From the NCBI GenBank assembly GCA_964552565.1, contig CAZKGL010000001.1, positions 25,875 to 89,874 on the forward strand: a DNA stretch of 64,000 bases, given 5' to 3'. Shown one piece after another: positions 36,497 to 46,040 of this stretch. The stretch is from an uncultured Gammaproteobacteria bacterium (GTDB lineage Bacteria; Patescibacteriota; Patescibacteriia; UBA9934). The notes beneath the pieces were generated by a model that saw only the letters and a program-made list of their open reading frames with translations, had not been told where the DNA came from and did no database searches. The translations under genes were made by a program, and so were the position numbers. Positions within the stretch are counted from its first letter, which is position 1. Each line of letters begins with the position of its first letter.

Positions 36497-37000
36497 ATGG
36501 CGTACGGCTACATGGGAAAATCCACGCTCGATGTCGTGACATCCGTTGCCGCGGTGATGTTTCTTGTCGCGGCCGTCGCGGCGAGTGTCGGGCCGGCGCG
36601 TGCCCTTGCGCAGAAGCAGGACGAGGCGCGCATCGACGGAGTGCGCAACATCATGGAAGCCATCCTGGAACTGCAAACGGTCGACCCCGAACGCGTCGAT
36701 GAGCTGCGTGAAGCGGCGGAAGCGTCCGGTGCGCCGCCGCGCGTCATGGTCGGCAGCGCGGATGACTGCTCGGGCGACTGGGGCGTTCAGTGCGGCGATG
36801 CGGTTCTTGCCGACCATTGTCTCGATGTCGATCCCTATCTTAGCGACTACCTCGGCGACGCGCCTTTCGACGGGAGCGACAGTCGGTACAGCGAACGGCA
36901 GTCGGGGTACTACATCGATTTCAGCCCCGGCGTCCTCGAAGTCGGCGCGTGCGACCCCGGCGCGCAAGAGGAGATCCGATTGGAACGGACGTTTTTCTAA
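36497..37000 (+). CDS. secreted/signal-anchored Cys-containing hypothetical protein
   Basis: N-terminal hydrophobic helix, 4 Cys. Confidence 0.45.
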   Translation: MAYGYMGKSTLDVVTSVAAVMFLVAAVAASVGPARALAQKQDEARIDGVRNIMEAILELQTVDPERVDELREAAEASGAPPRVMVGSADDCSGDWGVQCGDAVLADHCLDVDPYLSDYLGDAPFDGSDSRYSERQSGYYIDFSPGVLEVGACDPGAQEEIRLERTFF

Positions 37001-37010
37001 ACAAAACAGT

Positions 37011-37041
37011 CGCAGCGCCTCCCGGGAGCGGGGGCGCTGCT
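37011..37041. terminator. bidirectional terminator CAGCGCCTCCCG-GGAG-CGGGGGCGCTG
   Basis: perfect GC stem. Confidence 0.6.
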
Positions 37042-37044
37042 GCG

Positions 37045-37611
37045 TTACGGCGACACGATGACGGCGCGCGACGGCGTGCGGAGTCGGTTCAGGTAGCCGA
37101 TGATGGTGCGGACGTGCACGTCGAGCTTGCCGCGCTTGTCCCGGCCGAGCACGAGCCCGTTCAGGCCATCGCGGCGCTCGACGTACGCCTGAAGTGCGGT
37201 TGCGAGGCGTTCCTTTTTGCCGACACCCCACATTCCAGGGTCCGCGATGATGACCGCGGTCGTCGACGGGATGACGCCGAGCGCCTCCTCCGCGCCACGG
37301 CGGAGCGCGAGGACCTTGTGGAGCCACGGCGTCGCGTGCGCTTCCGCGGGAATTGCGCGGTAGGCGATGAGGTGCACGACGGGGAGGCCGGGGGTGCCGG
37401 CGTATGCGCACCGCATCCACGTGTCATGCAGCTCCGCTTCCTTGTACAGCACCTGTGCTGTCCGGGGCGGGACGCGGGCGTGCCCGCTGCGCCACAGGAC
37501 GACGTGCTCGTACTGCAGCGCGGAGTACCCGCTCTTCGTGATCGCGTCCATGAGGTTGGCGGGGAGCGTTTCCCAGCCGTCATGGACGATTTTCCCAACG
37601 ATTTTTGGCAC
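37045..37611 (-). CDS. hypothetical protein (GTG start with GGAGAAGGAGGAAG SD)
   Basis: ORF 37045..37683 trimmed to GTG after strong SD and promoter. Confidence 0.5.
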   Translation of the reverse strand: MPKIVGKIVHDGWETLPANLMDAITKSGYSALQYEHVVLWRSGHARVPPRTAQVLYKEAELHDTWMRCAYAGTPGLPVVHLIAYRAIPAEAHATPWLHKVLALRRGAEEALGVIPSTTAVIIADPGMWGVGKKERLATALQAYVERRDGLNGLVLGRDKRGKLDVHVRTIIGYLNRLRTPSRAVIVSP

Positions 37612-37654
37612 CTTCCTCCTTCTCCTCAGTATCAGCGCATCGGAGGAACGGAAG

Positions 37655-37683
37655 AAAATACCAGAAATTTCGCAAAAAGTCAA
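37655..37683 (-). promoter_or_regulatory. promoter TTGACT-17-TATTTT (minus)
   Basis: divergent from infB promoter. Confidence 0.55.
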
Positions 37684-37692
37684 GGAAAATGT

Positions 37693-37721
37693 TTGACCGC
37701 GGAATGTATTTCGGCTAACAT
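37693..37721 (+). promoter_or_regulatory. promoter TTGACC-17-TAACAT, -10 ends 7 nt before infB ATG (leaderless)
   Basis: direct reading. Confidence 0.6.
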
Positions 37722-37728
37722 TCGCGCC

Positions 37729-39759
37729 ATGAATATTTCCGAACTCGCCCGCCGCTTGCGGGTCTCAACCGAAGAACTCCGCAGCAAGCTCCCCGAGCTT
37801 GGTTTTGACATTGGCGGCAAGGCCATCAAAATTCCGGATCGCGACGCGGGCCGCATCATGAATGCGTGGCAGGAAATGAAAAAGCGCCAGTACCTCCAGA
37901 AGAAAATGGAGGACCAAAAGGCGCGTCTCGAGCGCAAGGAAAAGGTGAAGGCGGGCGAAGCCGAACGCGTGAAGATCCCGGCGACGATTTCGGTGCGCGA
38001 TTTCGCGACCGCGCTCAACGTCCCGATCCAAAAGGTCATGCAGGAACTCATGCGGAACGGCGTCCTCGCGTCCCTCAACGAGCGCATCGACTTTGATACG
38101 GCGAGTATTATCGCCGAAGACCTTGGGTACATTTGCGAACTCGAGGACGGCGGCAAGGCGGAAGACGCGGTGCAGGAGTCGCGCATCGCCGACGTCATGC
38201 AGGCGGAGGCACAGGCGAACCTCGTCGCGCGCCCGCCGGTCATCGTCGTCATGGGCCACGTCGACCACGGCAAGACGCTCCTCCTCGACACCATCCGCAA
38301 AACCCGCGTCATCGACACGGAGGCAGGCGGCATCACGCAGCACATCGGCGCATACCAGGTCGCAAAGAACGGCCGCGCGTTGACGTTCATCGACACGCCG
38401 GGCCATGAGGCGTTCACCGTCATGCGCTCTCGCGGCGCGAAAGTCGCGGACATCGCCATCCTCGTCGTTGCCGCGGACGACGGCATCCAGCCGCAGACGC
38501 GCGAAGTCATCGACATCATCAAGGCCGCGCAGATGCCGTTCATCGTCGCCATCAACAAGATCGATAAGCCGGAGGCGAACCCGGAGCGCGTCAAAAGCCA
38601 GCTCGCGGAGGTCGGTCTCGTGCCGGAAGATTGGGGCGGCAAAACCATTTGCGTCCCGGTGTCGGCAAAGGCGGGGCTCAACATCGACCAGTTGCTCGAC
38701 ATGCTCCTCCTTGTCGCGGACATGGAAAAGGAGCGTATTGTCGCCAATCCGGACCGTCATGCCATCGGTACGATCATCGAGTCGCACGTCGACAAGGGGC
38801 AGGGACCGGTTGCGACCGTGCTTGTCCAGACCGGAACCCTCAAGGTGCAGGACACGCTTGGGGTGCGCGGCGCCCTGTACGGCCGCGTCCGCGCCATGAA
38901 GACGTTTGACGGCCGCGACATCAAAGAGGCGTTGCCGTCGACCCCGGTGAAGATTCTCGGATTCAAGGAGGCGCCGTCCGTCGGCGACATCCTTGAGGTG
39001 CCGGAAGACCCGGCCGCGCTTGAGAAGCTCCGCCTCCAGCCGTCGCGCAAGTCGGGCGTCGAGGAGCTCACGGTGAAGCACGCGCATGCCATCGAAGAAC
39101 AGGCCGACGCGCAGGAAGGCGAGTCGAAGGTGAAATTGAACCTCGTCGTGAAGGCGGACGTGCTTGGGTCGCTCGAGGCGCTGCTTGGCATGCTCGAAAA
39201 GATCGACAACCCGTATGTCGGCATGGAGATCGTCGGCAAAGGCCTTGGCAACGTGACGGACGCGGACGTCCTGCGCGCCGAAGCGGCGAACGCGACGGTC
39301 GTCGCCTTCAGCGTGAAGGCGCCGCCGCAGGTGGAAGAGCTCGCCCGCACGAAGAACGTTCCCATCGAGGAGTACACGGTCATCTACCGCCTGTTCGAAC
39401 AGGTCGTCGAAAAACTGAAGAAGCTCATGCCGGCCGAAAAGGTCTACACGGAACTCGGCAGCGGCGAAGTGCTCGCGCTCTTCAAGAAGACGGACAAGGG
39501 GCACATCGTCGGGTGCCGCGTGAAGAAGGGCAAGTTCATGGCGGGCGCCACCGTGCGCGTGCTCCGCGGCGGCCAGGTGGTCGGCGAGGGCAAGGCCGAG
39601 GCGGTCCAGGTCGGCAGGTCGGCGGTCACGGACGTGCTGGCCGGGCAGGAATGCGGCCTCGCATTCGCCGGGAAAACAAAGATCGAAATCGGCGATATTC
39701 TCGAGCTCTACCGCGAGGAATTGCATGCACGCACACTGACGGTTGAAGGACTTAAATAA
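37729..39759 (+). CDS. infB: translation initiation factor IF-2
   Basis: [13 protein letters not shown]-domain; ORF 36949.. trimmed to ATG matching IF2 N-terminus. Confidence 0.95.
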   Translation: MNISELARRLRVSTEELRSKLPELGFDIGGKAIKIPDRDAGRIMNAWQEMKKRQYLQKKMEDQKARLERKEKVKAGEAERVKIPATISVRDFATALNVPIQKVMQELMRNGVLASLNERIDFDTASIIAEDLGYICELEDGGKAEDAVQESRIADVMQAEAQANLVARPPVIVVMGHVDHGKTLLLDTIRKTRVIDTEAGGITQHIGAYQVAKNGRALTFIDTPGHEAFTVMRSRGAKVADIAILVVAADDGIQPQTREVIDIIKAAQMPFIVAINKIDKPEANPERVKSQLAEVGLVPEDWGGKTICVPVSAKAGLNIDQLLDMLLLVADMEKERIVANPDRHAIGTIIESHVDKGQGPVATVLVQTGTLKVQDTLGVRGALYGRVRAMKTFDGRDIKEALPSTPVKILGFKEAPSVGDILEVPEDPAALEKLRLQPSRKSGVEELTVKHAHAIEEQADAQEGESKVKLNLVVKADVLGSLEALLGMLEKIDNPYVGMEIVGKGLGNVTDADVLRAEAANATVVAFSVKAPPQVEELARTKNVPIEEYTVIYRLFEQVVEKLKKLMPAEKVYTELGSGEVLALFKKTDKGHIVGCRVKKGKFMAGATVRVLRGGQVVGEGKAEAVQVGRSAVTDVLAGQECGLAFAGKTKIEIGDILELYREELHARTLTVEGLK

Positions 39760-39770
39760 GCGTGAGAGAA

Positions 39771-39801
39771 TGCCGGGGTCAGACCCGGTATTCTTCTTTT
39801 C
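39771..39801 (+). terminator. weak terminator after infB (CCGGGGTC-AGACCCGG + T-rich)
   Basis: short stem, T-rich tail. Confidence 0.4.
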
Positions 39802-39802
39802 T

Positions 39803-40120
39803 ATGGCACACATCGAGTTGACTGCAGAGAATTTTGACGCCTCCATTACCCAGGCCGGCGGGGCGGTCCTTGTCGACTTTTGGGCGCCGTGGTGCGGCCC
39901 GTGCAAGGTCATGTCGCCGATTGTCGACGAGCTTGCGGCGGCGACGCCGGGGCTTTCGGTCGGCAAGGTGAATGTGGACGAGCATCCGGCGCTTGCGCAA
40001 CGTTTCAACGTGCTTTCCATCCCGACCTTTATCGTCTTCAAGGGCGGCTCGGTTGTTGAACAGTTCTCGGGCTCCATGAGCAAAGACGCGCTCGCGGCCC
40101 GTGTCAGCCGGCACATCTAA
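39803..40120 (+). CDS. trxA: thioredoxin
   Basis: WCGPC active site. Confidence 0.9.
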   Translation: MAHIELTAENFDASITQAGGAVLVDFWAPWCGPCKVMSPIVDELAAATPGLSVGKVNVDEHPALAQRFNVLSIPTFIVFKGGSVVEQFSGSMSKDALAARVSRHI

Positions 40121-40224
40121 ACATTCCGGCCGGGTCCTGCCGCCTTCGCACCCTGTTGGGTGCTCGACTGGCGTCTGCGCGCCCAAGCAGGGGACCTGCT
40201 CGGCGTCACCCGGCCGATACTGCT

Positions 40225-41148
40225 ATGCACAAGAACGTCGCCATCATCGGTTCCGGCCCGGCCGGCTATACCGCCGCAATTTATGCCGCACGCGCCAACC
40301 TCGCGCCGGTCATGTTTTTTGGCCCGCAGCCGGGCGGACAGCTGACGATTACGAGTGAGGTCGAGAACTGGCCCGGGGAGCCGGAGGGCATCATGGGCCC
40401 GGAGCTCATGGAAAAGCTCAAAAAGCAGGCCGCGCGGTTTGGCACGGAGTTTGTTGAAGATTGGGTGACGCAGGTCGACCTCAATGCCCGGCCGTTCGTC
40501 ATTACGACGCAGGGCGGGGTGGTCTGCGAGGCGGAGACGGTGATCATCGCGACCGGCGCGTCCGCAAAGTGGCTGGGCATTCCCGGCGAGAAGGAGTTCC
40601 AGGGCCGCGGCGTGTCGGCGTGCGCGACGTGCGACGGATTTTTCTTTCGCGACAAGAAGGTCGTCGTCGTCGGCGGCGGCGACAGCGCCATGGAAGAGGC
40701 GACCTTCCTTACGAAATTCGCCCGCGAGGTCGTTGTGCTCGTCCGCACCGACAAACTGCGCGCATCGAAGATCATGCAGGAGCGCGCATTCCGCAACCCG
40801 AAGATCCGCTTCGAGTATTTCGCGCAGCCAAAAGCGCTCGTCGGCGGCGAGAAGCTCACCGGCGTGACGGTCGTCAACGCGCAGACGGGGGAGGAGTCGC
40901 TTATCGAGACCGATGGGTTCTTCGTTGCGATCGGCCACGAACCGAATACGAAGCTGTTTGCCGGCCAGCTTGATTTGGATGAAAAAGGCTACCTGAAGCA
41001 CGAACCGGATTCGACAAAGACGAAGATCCCCGGCGTGTTCGCGTGCGGCGACGTGATCGACCATTACTACCGCCAGGCGGTGACCGCCGCGGGGACCGGC
41101 TGTATGGCCGCCCTCGACGCGGAACGCTATCTCGCAAGTAAGGAATAA
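40225..41148 (+). CDS. trxB: thioredoxin-disulfide reductase
   Basis: GSGPAGYTAAIYAAR FAD motif, CATC redox site, GGGDSAMEEA NADPH motif. Confidence 0.9.
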   Translation: MHKNVAIIGSGPAGYTAAIYAARANLAPVMFFGPQPGGQLTITSEVENWPGEPEGIMGPELMEKLKKQAARFGTEFVEDWVTQVDLNARPFVITTQGGVVCEAETVIIATGASAKWLGIPGEKEFQGRGVSACATCDGFFFRDKKVVVVGGGDSAMEEATFLTKFAREVVVLVRTDKLRASKIMQERAFRNPKIRFEYFAQPKALVGGEKLTGVTVVNAQTGEESLIETDGFFVAIGHEPNTKLFAGQLDLDEKGYLKHEPDSTKTKIPGVFACGDVIDHYYRQAVTAAGTGCMAALDAERYLASKE

Positions 41149-41330
41149 GGCGGAATTTGACGCAGATGCCGGGCTGTGCGACAACGCGAAGTCCGGATGG
41201 AAACGGTCGCGGTGCGGAGGACGCCCCATCTACGAAACATGTCGCCGCGGGCCCACCATTTCCATCCGACTTCGTGGCCGTCCGTTCTCTCCGGCGTCAC
41301 ACGGTCGGCCGGCGCCTCGGGAGTACTGCC

Positions 41331-42602
41331 TCACTCCCGGGGCGCCTTTCCGTTTTTGGCCCCCCCGCTTTTCGGAAGATACGTCCGACCGCGGAGGCGT
41401 TCGGGAAGGTAGTCTTGTTTGGCTTCCTCGGGACTCGGGAACTTCGGCGTGTACTTGTAGCCCTTGCCGTACCCGAGTTCTTTCATGAGTGTTGTCGGCG
41501 CGTTGCGGATGTGGAGCGGGACCGGTTCGTTGGGGAGGTTTCGGATGTCGTCTTGCACCTTCCCGTACGCGACGTAGAGCGCGTTGCTTTTCGGCGCCTG
41601 CGCGAGATACGCGACGGACTGCGCAAGGGTGACGTTGCACTCCGGCATGCCGAGCATGTGGCTTGCCTGGTATGCGGCGACGGCCTGGACGAGGGCGTTC
41701 GGATCCGCGAGGCCGATGTCTTCGGACGCGAAACGGATGAGCCGGCGCGCGACGTACAACGGGTCTTCGCCGCCCTCAAGCATGCGGCCAAGCCAGTACA
41801 GCGCCGCGTCCGCATCGCTGCCGCGCATCGATTTGTGGAGCGCGGAGATGATGTTGTAGTGCTCCTCGCCCTGGCGGTCGTACAGGAGGTGGCTGCGTTG
41901 GAGCGCGGTGGCGACATCGTCTTTGGTGATGACGCCGTTGACCGCCGTCTTCCCGGCGAGCTCGAGCGCATTGAGCGCCGTGCGCGCGTCGCCGTTCGCC
42001 ATGACTGCGAGCGCGTCGAGCGCTCCATCTTCCGCGGTGACGTCTCCGAGCGAAGGCAGCGCACGGTCGAGGATACGGCGAATGTGTTCCGGCGCCAGTT
42101 GTTCGAGCACGAAGACGCGGCAGCGCGAAAGCAGCGCGGAGTTCACTTCGAACGACGGGTTTTCCGTTGTTGCGCCGATGAGCGTGATGATGCCGGCCTC
42201 GACTGCGGGGAGGAACGCGTCCTGCTGCGCTTTGTTAAAGCGGTGGATTTCGTCGACAAACAAGATGGTGCGCTCGCGATAGAACTTTTTCCGGTTTTCC
42301 GCATCCAAAATAATCGCACGGACGTCTTTGACGCTCCCGGAGACCGCGCTGAACGGGACGAACTTCGCCTTTGTCATCTCGGCGATCATGCGTCCGAGCG
42401 TCGTCTTCCCGGTGCCTGGCGGACCCCAGAAGATCATGCTTGGCACCTCGTCCTTCTCGATGGCGCGGCGGAGCATGGCTCCCTCGCCGACGAGCGCCTT
42501 TTGCCCCATGAACTCCTCGAGCGTCTTCGGCCGCATGCGGTCTGCAAGCGGTGTGCCAACGGAAGGTTCTTTTTTTGCCAGCGCGTCGAAGAGGTCGTCC
42601 AT
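41331..42602 (-). CDS. rarA: replication-associated recombination protein A (AAA+ ATPase)
   Basis: [16 protein letters not shown] Walker A; MgsA/RarA C-terminal domains. Confidence 0.9.
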   Translation of the reverse strand: MDDLFDALAKKEPSVGTPLADRMRPKTLEEFMGQKALVGEGAMLRRAIEKDEVPSMIFWGPPGTGKTTLGRMIAEMTKAKFVPFSAVSGSVKDVRAIILDAENRKKFYRERTILFVDEIHRFNKAQQDAFLPAVEAGIITLIGATTENPSFEVNSALLSRCRVFVLEQLAPEHIRRILDRALPSLGDVTAEDGALDALAVMANGDARTALNALELAGKTAVNGVITKDDVATALQRSHLLYDRQGEEHYNIISALHKSMRGSDADAALYWLGRMLEGGEDPLYVARRLIRFASEDIGLADPNALVQAVAAYQASHMLGMPECNVTLAQSVAYLAQAPKSNALYVAYGKVQDDIRNLPNEPVPLHIRNAPTTLMKELGYGKGYKYTPKFPSPEEAKQDYLPERLRGRTYLPKSGGAKNGKAPRE

Positions 42603-42610
42603 AGATGGTT

Positions 42611-42637
42611 ACTTTATCGGACTTCGACAGAATGCAA
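42611..42637 (-). promoter_or_regulatory. promoter TTGCAT-15-TAAAGT for rarA (near-leaderless)
   Basis: hexamers; 8 nt from -10 to ATG. Confidence 0.4.
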
Positions 42638-42649
42638 CAGACCGTAAAA

Positions 42650-42690
42650 ACAGGAACGCGGCGCCCGCCCGGATGGGAGGGAGCCGCGTT
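42650..42690 (-). terminator. terminator after hypothetical gene 42698..43294
   Basis: AACGCGGC-loop-GCCGCGTT + CCTGTTTTTACGG on minus. Confidence 0.55.
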
Positions 42691-42697
42691 GAAGAAA

Positions 42698-43294
42698 CTA
42701 TCCGCCGGCCTCGATGGTGGCCGTGAAGCGCGCCATCTGGCTCGGCGAGAAGTGCGTGTCCGCACGCTCGACCAGCCGGTGCTCAAGGCTGTGGTAGAGG
42801 GTGACGGCCGCACCACGCTTGCCCGCCGCGATCATGCGACGCGCCAGAACTTCGGCGCGGCCCGGGGCGTTGTAGGCGCCGGCGCTGACCATCCACATGA
42901 CCACTTCGTCGAGCGACCACTGCGACGTGCCGCCGTCGGTGTCGAGCATGCCCGCGGATGCGTTCATCTCGAGGTAGGTGCGGTCGCGGGAGTCGGGGAG
43001 CCCCTTGGCCGCGGCGAGCGCGTAGTTGAAGCAGCCGATGCGCACACCCGCCTGGTCGCTGGAGGCTCCGAGGTGCTCGTATGCCACGCTGCGCCAGAAC
43101 GCCGGGAACCCGCGGTCCGCGATGAGCTCGCAGGAGGACCGGAAGCCGGCCGGGTCGGCGCGCCAGTCGGTGCTGCGCGCGATCATGTCGACGATGCGGC
43201 TGTCGAAGCCCGCTTCTGCGGCGAGCCGCCGCGCCTCTTCGGGCTTGCCTTCCGCGGTGGCGCGGATCATGGAGTGGAGTTTGAACAGGTACAT
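42698..43294 (-). CDS. hypothetical protein (199 aa)
   Basis: ORF trimmed to ATG with GGGGG SD downstream of strong promoter. Confidence 0.5.
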   Translation of the reverse strand: MYLFKLHSMIRATAEGKPEEARRLAAEAGFDSRIVDMIARSTDWRADPAGFRSSCELIADRGFPAFWRSVAYEHLGASSDQAGVRIGCFNYALAAAKGLPDSRDRTYLEMNASAGMLDTDGGTSQWSLDEVVMWMVSAGAYNAPGRAEVLARRMIAAGKRGAAVTLYHSLEHRLVERADTHFSPSQMARFTATIEAGG

Positions 43295-43347
43295 TGGTGC
43301 CCCCGATGGGGTTCCGCGTTGATGGACACAGCCGTAGCTGCGGGTGA

Positions 43348-43375
43348 AGTATACAAAATTTGGCTTAGTTGTCAA
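43348..43375 (-). promoter_or_regulatory. promoter TTGACA-16-TATACT (minus)
   Basis: canonical hexamers. Confidence 0.65.
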
Positions 43376-43422
43376 CCATTTTGTGGAGTCCGCAGACAAA
43401 AAACTCACACTGTAAGCCCTTC

Positions 43423-43468
43423 TAGGGCTAGGCCTTGGGGTGGGGCCTGGCCTGGCGTAGGCTTGGCG
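43423..43468 (+). repeat. AGGCTAGGCCTTGGG-type repeat, related to tandem 17-mers at 51850-51914
   Basis: shared GGCTAGGCCTTGGG...TAGGCTTGG strings. Confidence 0.6.
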
Positions 43469-43840
43469 TTTCGGCGTGGAGTAGCGTATCGTGGCGGCAC
43501 ATGGGACGGGGAGCGCCGGTGGACTCAGAAGCCGCCGTCGCGTCTCCAAACGCCGGCGGATTTCCTCGAAGCTACACTCTTGCGGTAAAAGAACGGCGCC
43601 CCCTGTCCCATCTTTCTGCGCTCGCCCATGTCCGTCCTTCATCAACCGCCGTCCATCCCGGCGGACGTGGGACGAGCGCACTTCTTGCTGATGCGATGTC
43701 GCGGCGTCCGTCGCGATGGCACGCCTCCGTGTGTTGCGAGCACACGTCGAGGCAACGGACGCTTCGCACCAGCAAGCCCCCGGGTTCTCCATGGATGCGC
43801 CACCCCCACCTTCGGCCATCCGTGGAGACCCGGGGTGTCT

Positions 43841-44740
43841 TTATTTGGCAACCTTCCTCAGCTTCGCGACAAAGAATCCTTCCGCAACCGCACTTGGGAG
43901 GAGCGTCACGCTGCCATTCTTGTGCTGCGTGATCGGGGAGAAGGGGAGTGCGACCGGTTCCGCCTTCATGAAGGGATATTCTGCAAGGATCCAATCGACC
44001 ATCCCCTCGTTTTCTTCGGGTGCGAGCGTACAGGTTGAATAGACGAGCGTGCCGCCGGGCTTGAGGCATGCGACGGCGGAGCGCAGGAGACGCCGCTGGA
44101 GCTTGGCGTGGGCGACGATATTCTTTTCGCTCCAGAACCCGTAGCTTCGCTTGTCGCCGAGACGGATGCGCCCCTCTGCCGAGCACGGGACGTCGGCGAG
44201 GATCTTGTCGAAGACCTCGGGCATCTCGTGGTGGAGGAGGGTGGCATCGATGTTCCGCGCATCGACACATGATGCACCCTGAACACGAATGGTGTTCATG
44301 AGCTTTTGGTATCGAACACTATTTTCTTCACACGCGACGATTTTCCCGGCGTTGCCCATGAGCGCAGCGAGTTGCGACGTCTTGCTACCGGGCGCGGCGC
44401 ATAAATCCAGCACGGTTTCATTGGGGTTTGGCGCAAGGATGAGAGGAGGGAGCATCGAGGTGAGTCCTTGAACATAGATGTTGCCCTCCTTCGCAAGCGG
44501 GAGCGCCAACACCTCATCGTCCGTCATGTTGCGGACGCTGAACGCATGCGGGATCTCCTTGCTGCGCGCAAATTGTGCTCGGGCCTCACGCAGCACTTCC
44601 ATCACCTTTTCATCCGTCGCCTTGAGCGTATTCGTGCGGAACGTCGGGTTCCGGTCGACGGCAAACGCGCGCAATATCGCCTCCTTGCCGGAGACGCCGA
44701 ATTGCGCGGCGAGCCTGTCGATAAACGCTTGCGGGAGCAT
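43841..44740 (-). CDS. NOL1/NOP2/Sun family RNA m5C methyltransferase (RsmF/RsmB-like)
   Basis: DLCAAPGSKT SAM motif, DVPCS and TCT(L) catalytic cysteines. Confidence 0.8.
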   Translation of the reverse strand: MLPQAFIDRLAAQFGVSGKEAILRAFAVDRNPTFRTNTLKATDEKVMEVLREARAQFARSKEIPHAFSVRNMTDDEVLALPLAKEGNIYVQGLTSMLPPLILAPNPNETVLDLCAAPGSKTSQLAALMGNAGKIVACEENSVRYQKLMNTIRVQGASCVDARNIDATLLHHEMPEVFDKILADVPCSAEGRIRLGDKRSYGFWSEKNIVAHAKLQRRLLRSAVACLKPGGTLVYSTCTLAPEENEGMVDWILAEYPFMKAEPVALPFSPITQHKNGSVTLLPSAVAEGFFVAKLRKVAK

Positions 44741-44769
44741 GCGTCGAAGTGTATGTTCGAACGTAGCCT

Positions 44770-45978
44770 ATGTCCAATCCCTTTGCTGCATTTCATTACC
44801 AGCTCGACCGTGTCGCCGCGTGCAAGGCGTTCCCATCGGAGTTTCTTGCGGCGCTGAAGAAACCGATGCGCGAAATCAACGAAACAATATCGGTCGTCAT
44901 GGACGACGGGACGACGAAATCCTTCGCGGCGTACCGCGTGCAGCACAACAACTGGCGCGGCCCGTTTAAGGGCGGCATCCGCTACCACGCGAACGTCGAT
45001 ATCGACGAAGTGCGCGCGCTCGCGTCGTGGATGACGTTCAAGACCGCGGTCGTGGGTATTCCAATGGGCGGCGGCAAGGGCGGCGTCACCGTTGACCCGA
45101 AGGCGCTGTCCACCGGCGAGCGCGAACGGCTCACGCGTGCGTGGGCGACAGTCATGAAGCCCTTCATCGGCCCCGAGGTCGACGTCCCTGCGCCAGACGT
45201 GAACACGTCATCCCGTGAAATGGACATTATCGCACAGGAGTTCGGCCATCCTGCGGTCGTCACGGGAAAGTCGATCGCCGCGGGCGGCAGCCTTGGCCGC
45301 GACACGGCGACGGCGATGGGCGGATGGTTTGTGTTCGACGCGCTGCGGCCGCAGCTTTTCCTTGATCCGGAGATGGCGACCGTCGCCATCCAAGGCTTCG
45401 GGAACGCCGGCGCGACGTTTGCGGAGATCGCGCACCGCCACGGCATGAAGGTCGTCGCGGTGTCCGATTCCAAGAGCGGCGTCTACAATCCCGCCGGCCT
45501 CGATGTGCCGGAGCTCGCGCTGCACAAGAAGGCGCTCGGCACGCTGAAGGGGTTTGCCGGTGCGCAGGAGATCACGAACGCGGAGATCCTCGAGCTCGAG
45601 TGCGGCCTGCTTGTTCCGGCGGCGCTTGAGGGGCAGATGACCGCGGACAATGCGCCGCGCATCAAGGCGAAAGTCGTCTTGGAGCTCGCAAACGGGCCGA
45701 CGACGCCGGAGGCCGACGACATCCTGTTCGAAAAAGGGGTCATCGTCATCCCGGACATCCTCGCGAATGCGGGTGGCGTGACGGTAAGCTATTTTGAATG
45801 GGACCAAAACATGAAGGGGGAACGGTGGACCGCGGAAGACGTCCACGCCAAGCTGAAGACGGTCATGGAAAACGCCGCGCGCGAGGTGGCGAAACGCAAG
45901 GAGGAATGCAAGACCGACTTCCGTCGCGGCGCCTTTGTCCTTGCCTTGGAGCGCCTGCACGACGCAATGCCGAAATAA
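44770..45978 (+). CDS. gdhA: NAD(P)-dependent glutamate dehydrogenase
   Basis: KGGIRYH...GGGKGG signature of Glu/Leu/Phe/Val dehydrogenases. Confidence 0.9.
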   Translation: MSNPFAAFHYQLDRVAACKAFPSEFLAALKKPMREINETISVVMDDGTTKSFAAYRVQHNNWRGPFKGGIRYHANVDIDEVRALASWMTFKTAVVGIPMGGGKGGVTVDPKALSTGERERLTRAWATVMKPFIGPEVDVPAPDVNTSSREMDIIAQEFGHPAVVTGKSIAAGGSLGRDTATAMGGWFVFDALRPQLFLDPEMATVAIQGFGNAGATFAEIAHRHGMKVVAVSDSKSGVYNPAGLDVPELALHKKALGTLKGFAGAQEITNAEILELECGLLVPAALEGQMTADNAPRIKAKVVLELANGPTTPEADDILFEKGVIVIPDILANAGGVTVSYFEWDQNMKGERWTAEDVHAKLKTVMENAAREVAKRKEECKTDFRRGAFVLALERLHDAMPK

Positions 45979-45994
45979 TCACGAAGATTCGCAG

Positions 45995-46038
45995 TGAAAG
46001 CCGCCTCGTTTCTTTGACAACCAGGCGGTTTTCGTATT
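45995..46038 (+). terminator. terminator after gdhA
   Basis: AAAGCCGCCT-loop-AGGCGGTTTT + CGTATT. Confidence 0.55.
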
Positions 46039-46040
46039 GA

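Noticed and set aside
36005-37420. 471-aa minus ORF
   Set aside because: It overlaps the YibE/F gene and the leaderless secreted-protein gene on the opposite strand. The sequence is junk-like.
41190-41275. 11-bp long-range inverted repeat TCCGGATGGAAA/TTTCCATCCGA between trxB and rarA
   Set aside because: A single imperfect pair with a 55-nt loop and no terminator-like T-tract. It is probably fortuitous.
43400-43840. RNase P RNA, SRP RNA or tmRNA in the 460-nt gap
   Set aside because: I could not find the universal P4 strings (AAGTCCGG, ACAGAACCCGGCTTA), the SRP domain IV motif, or tmRNA termini by eye. It is left as an unknown ncRNA candidate rather than a call.
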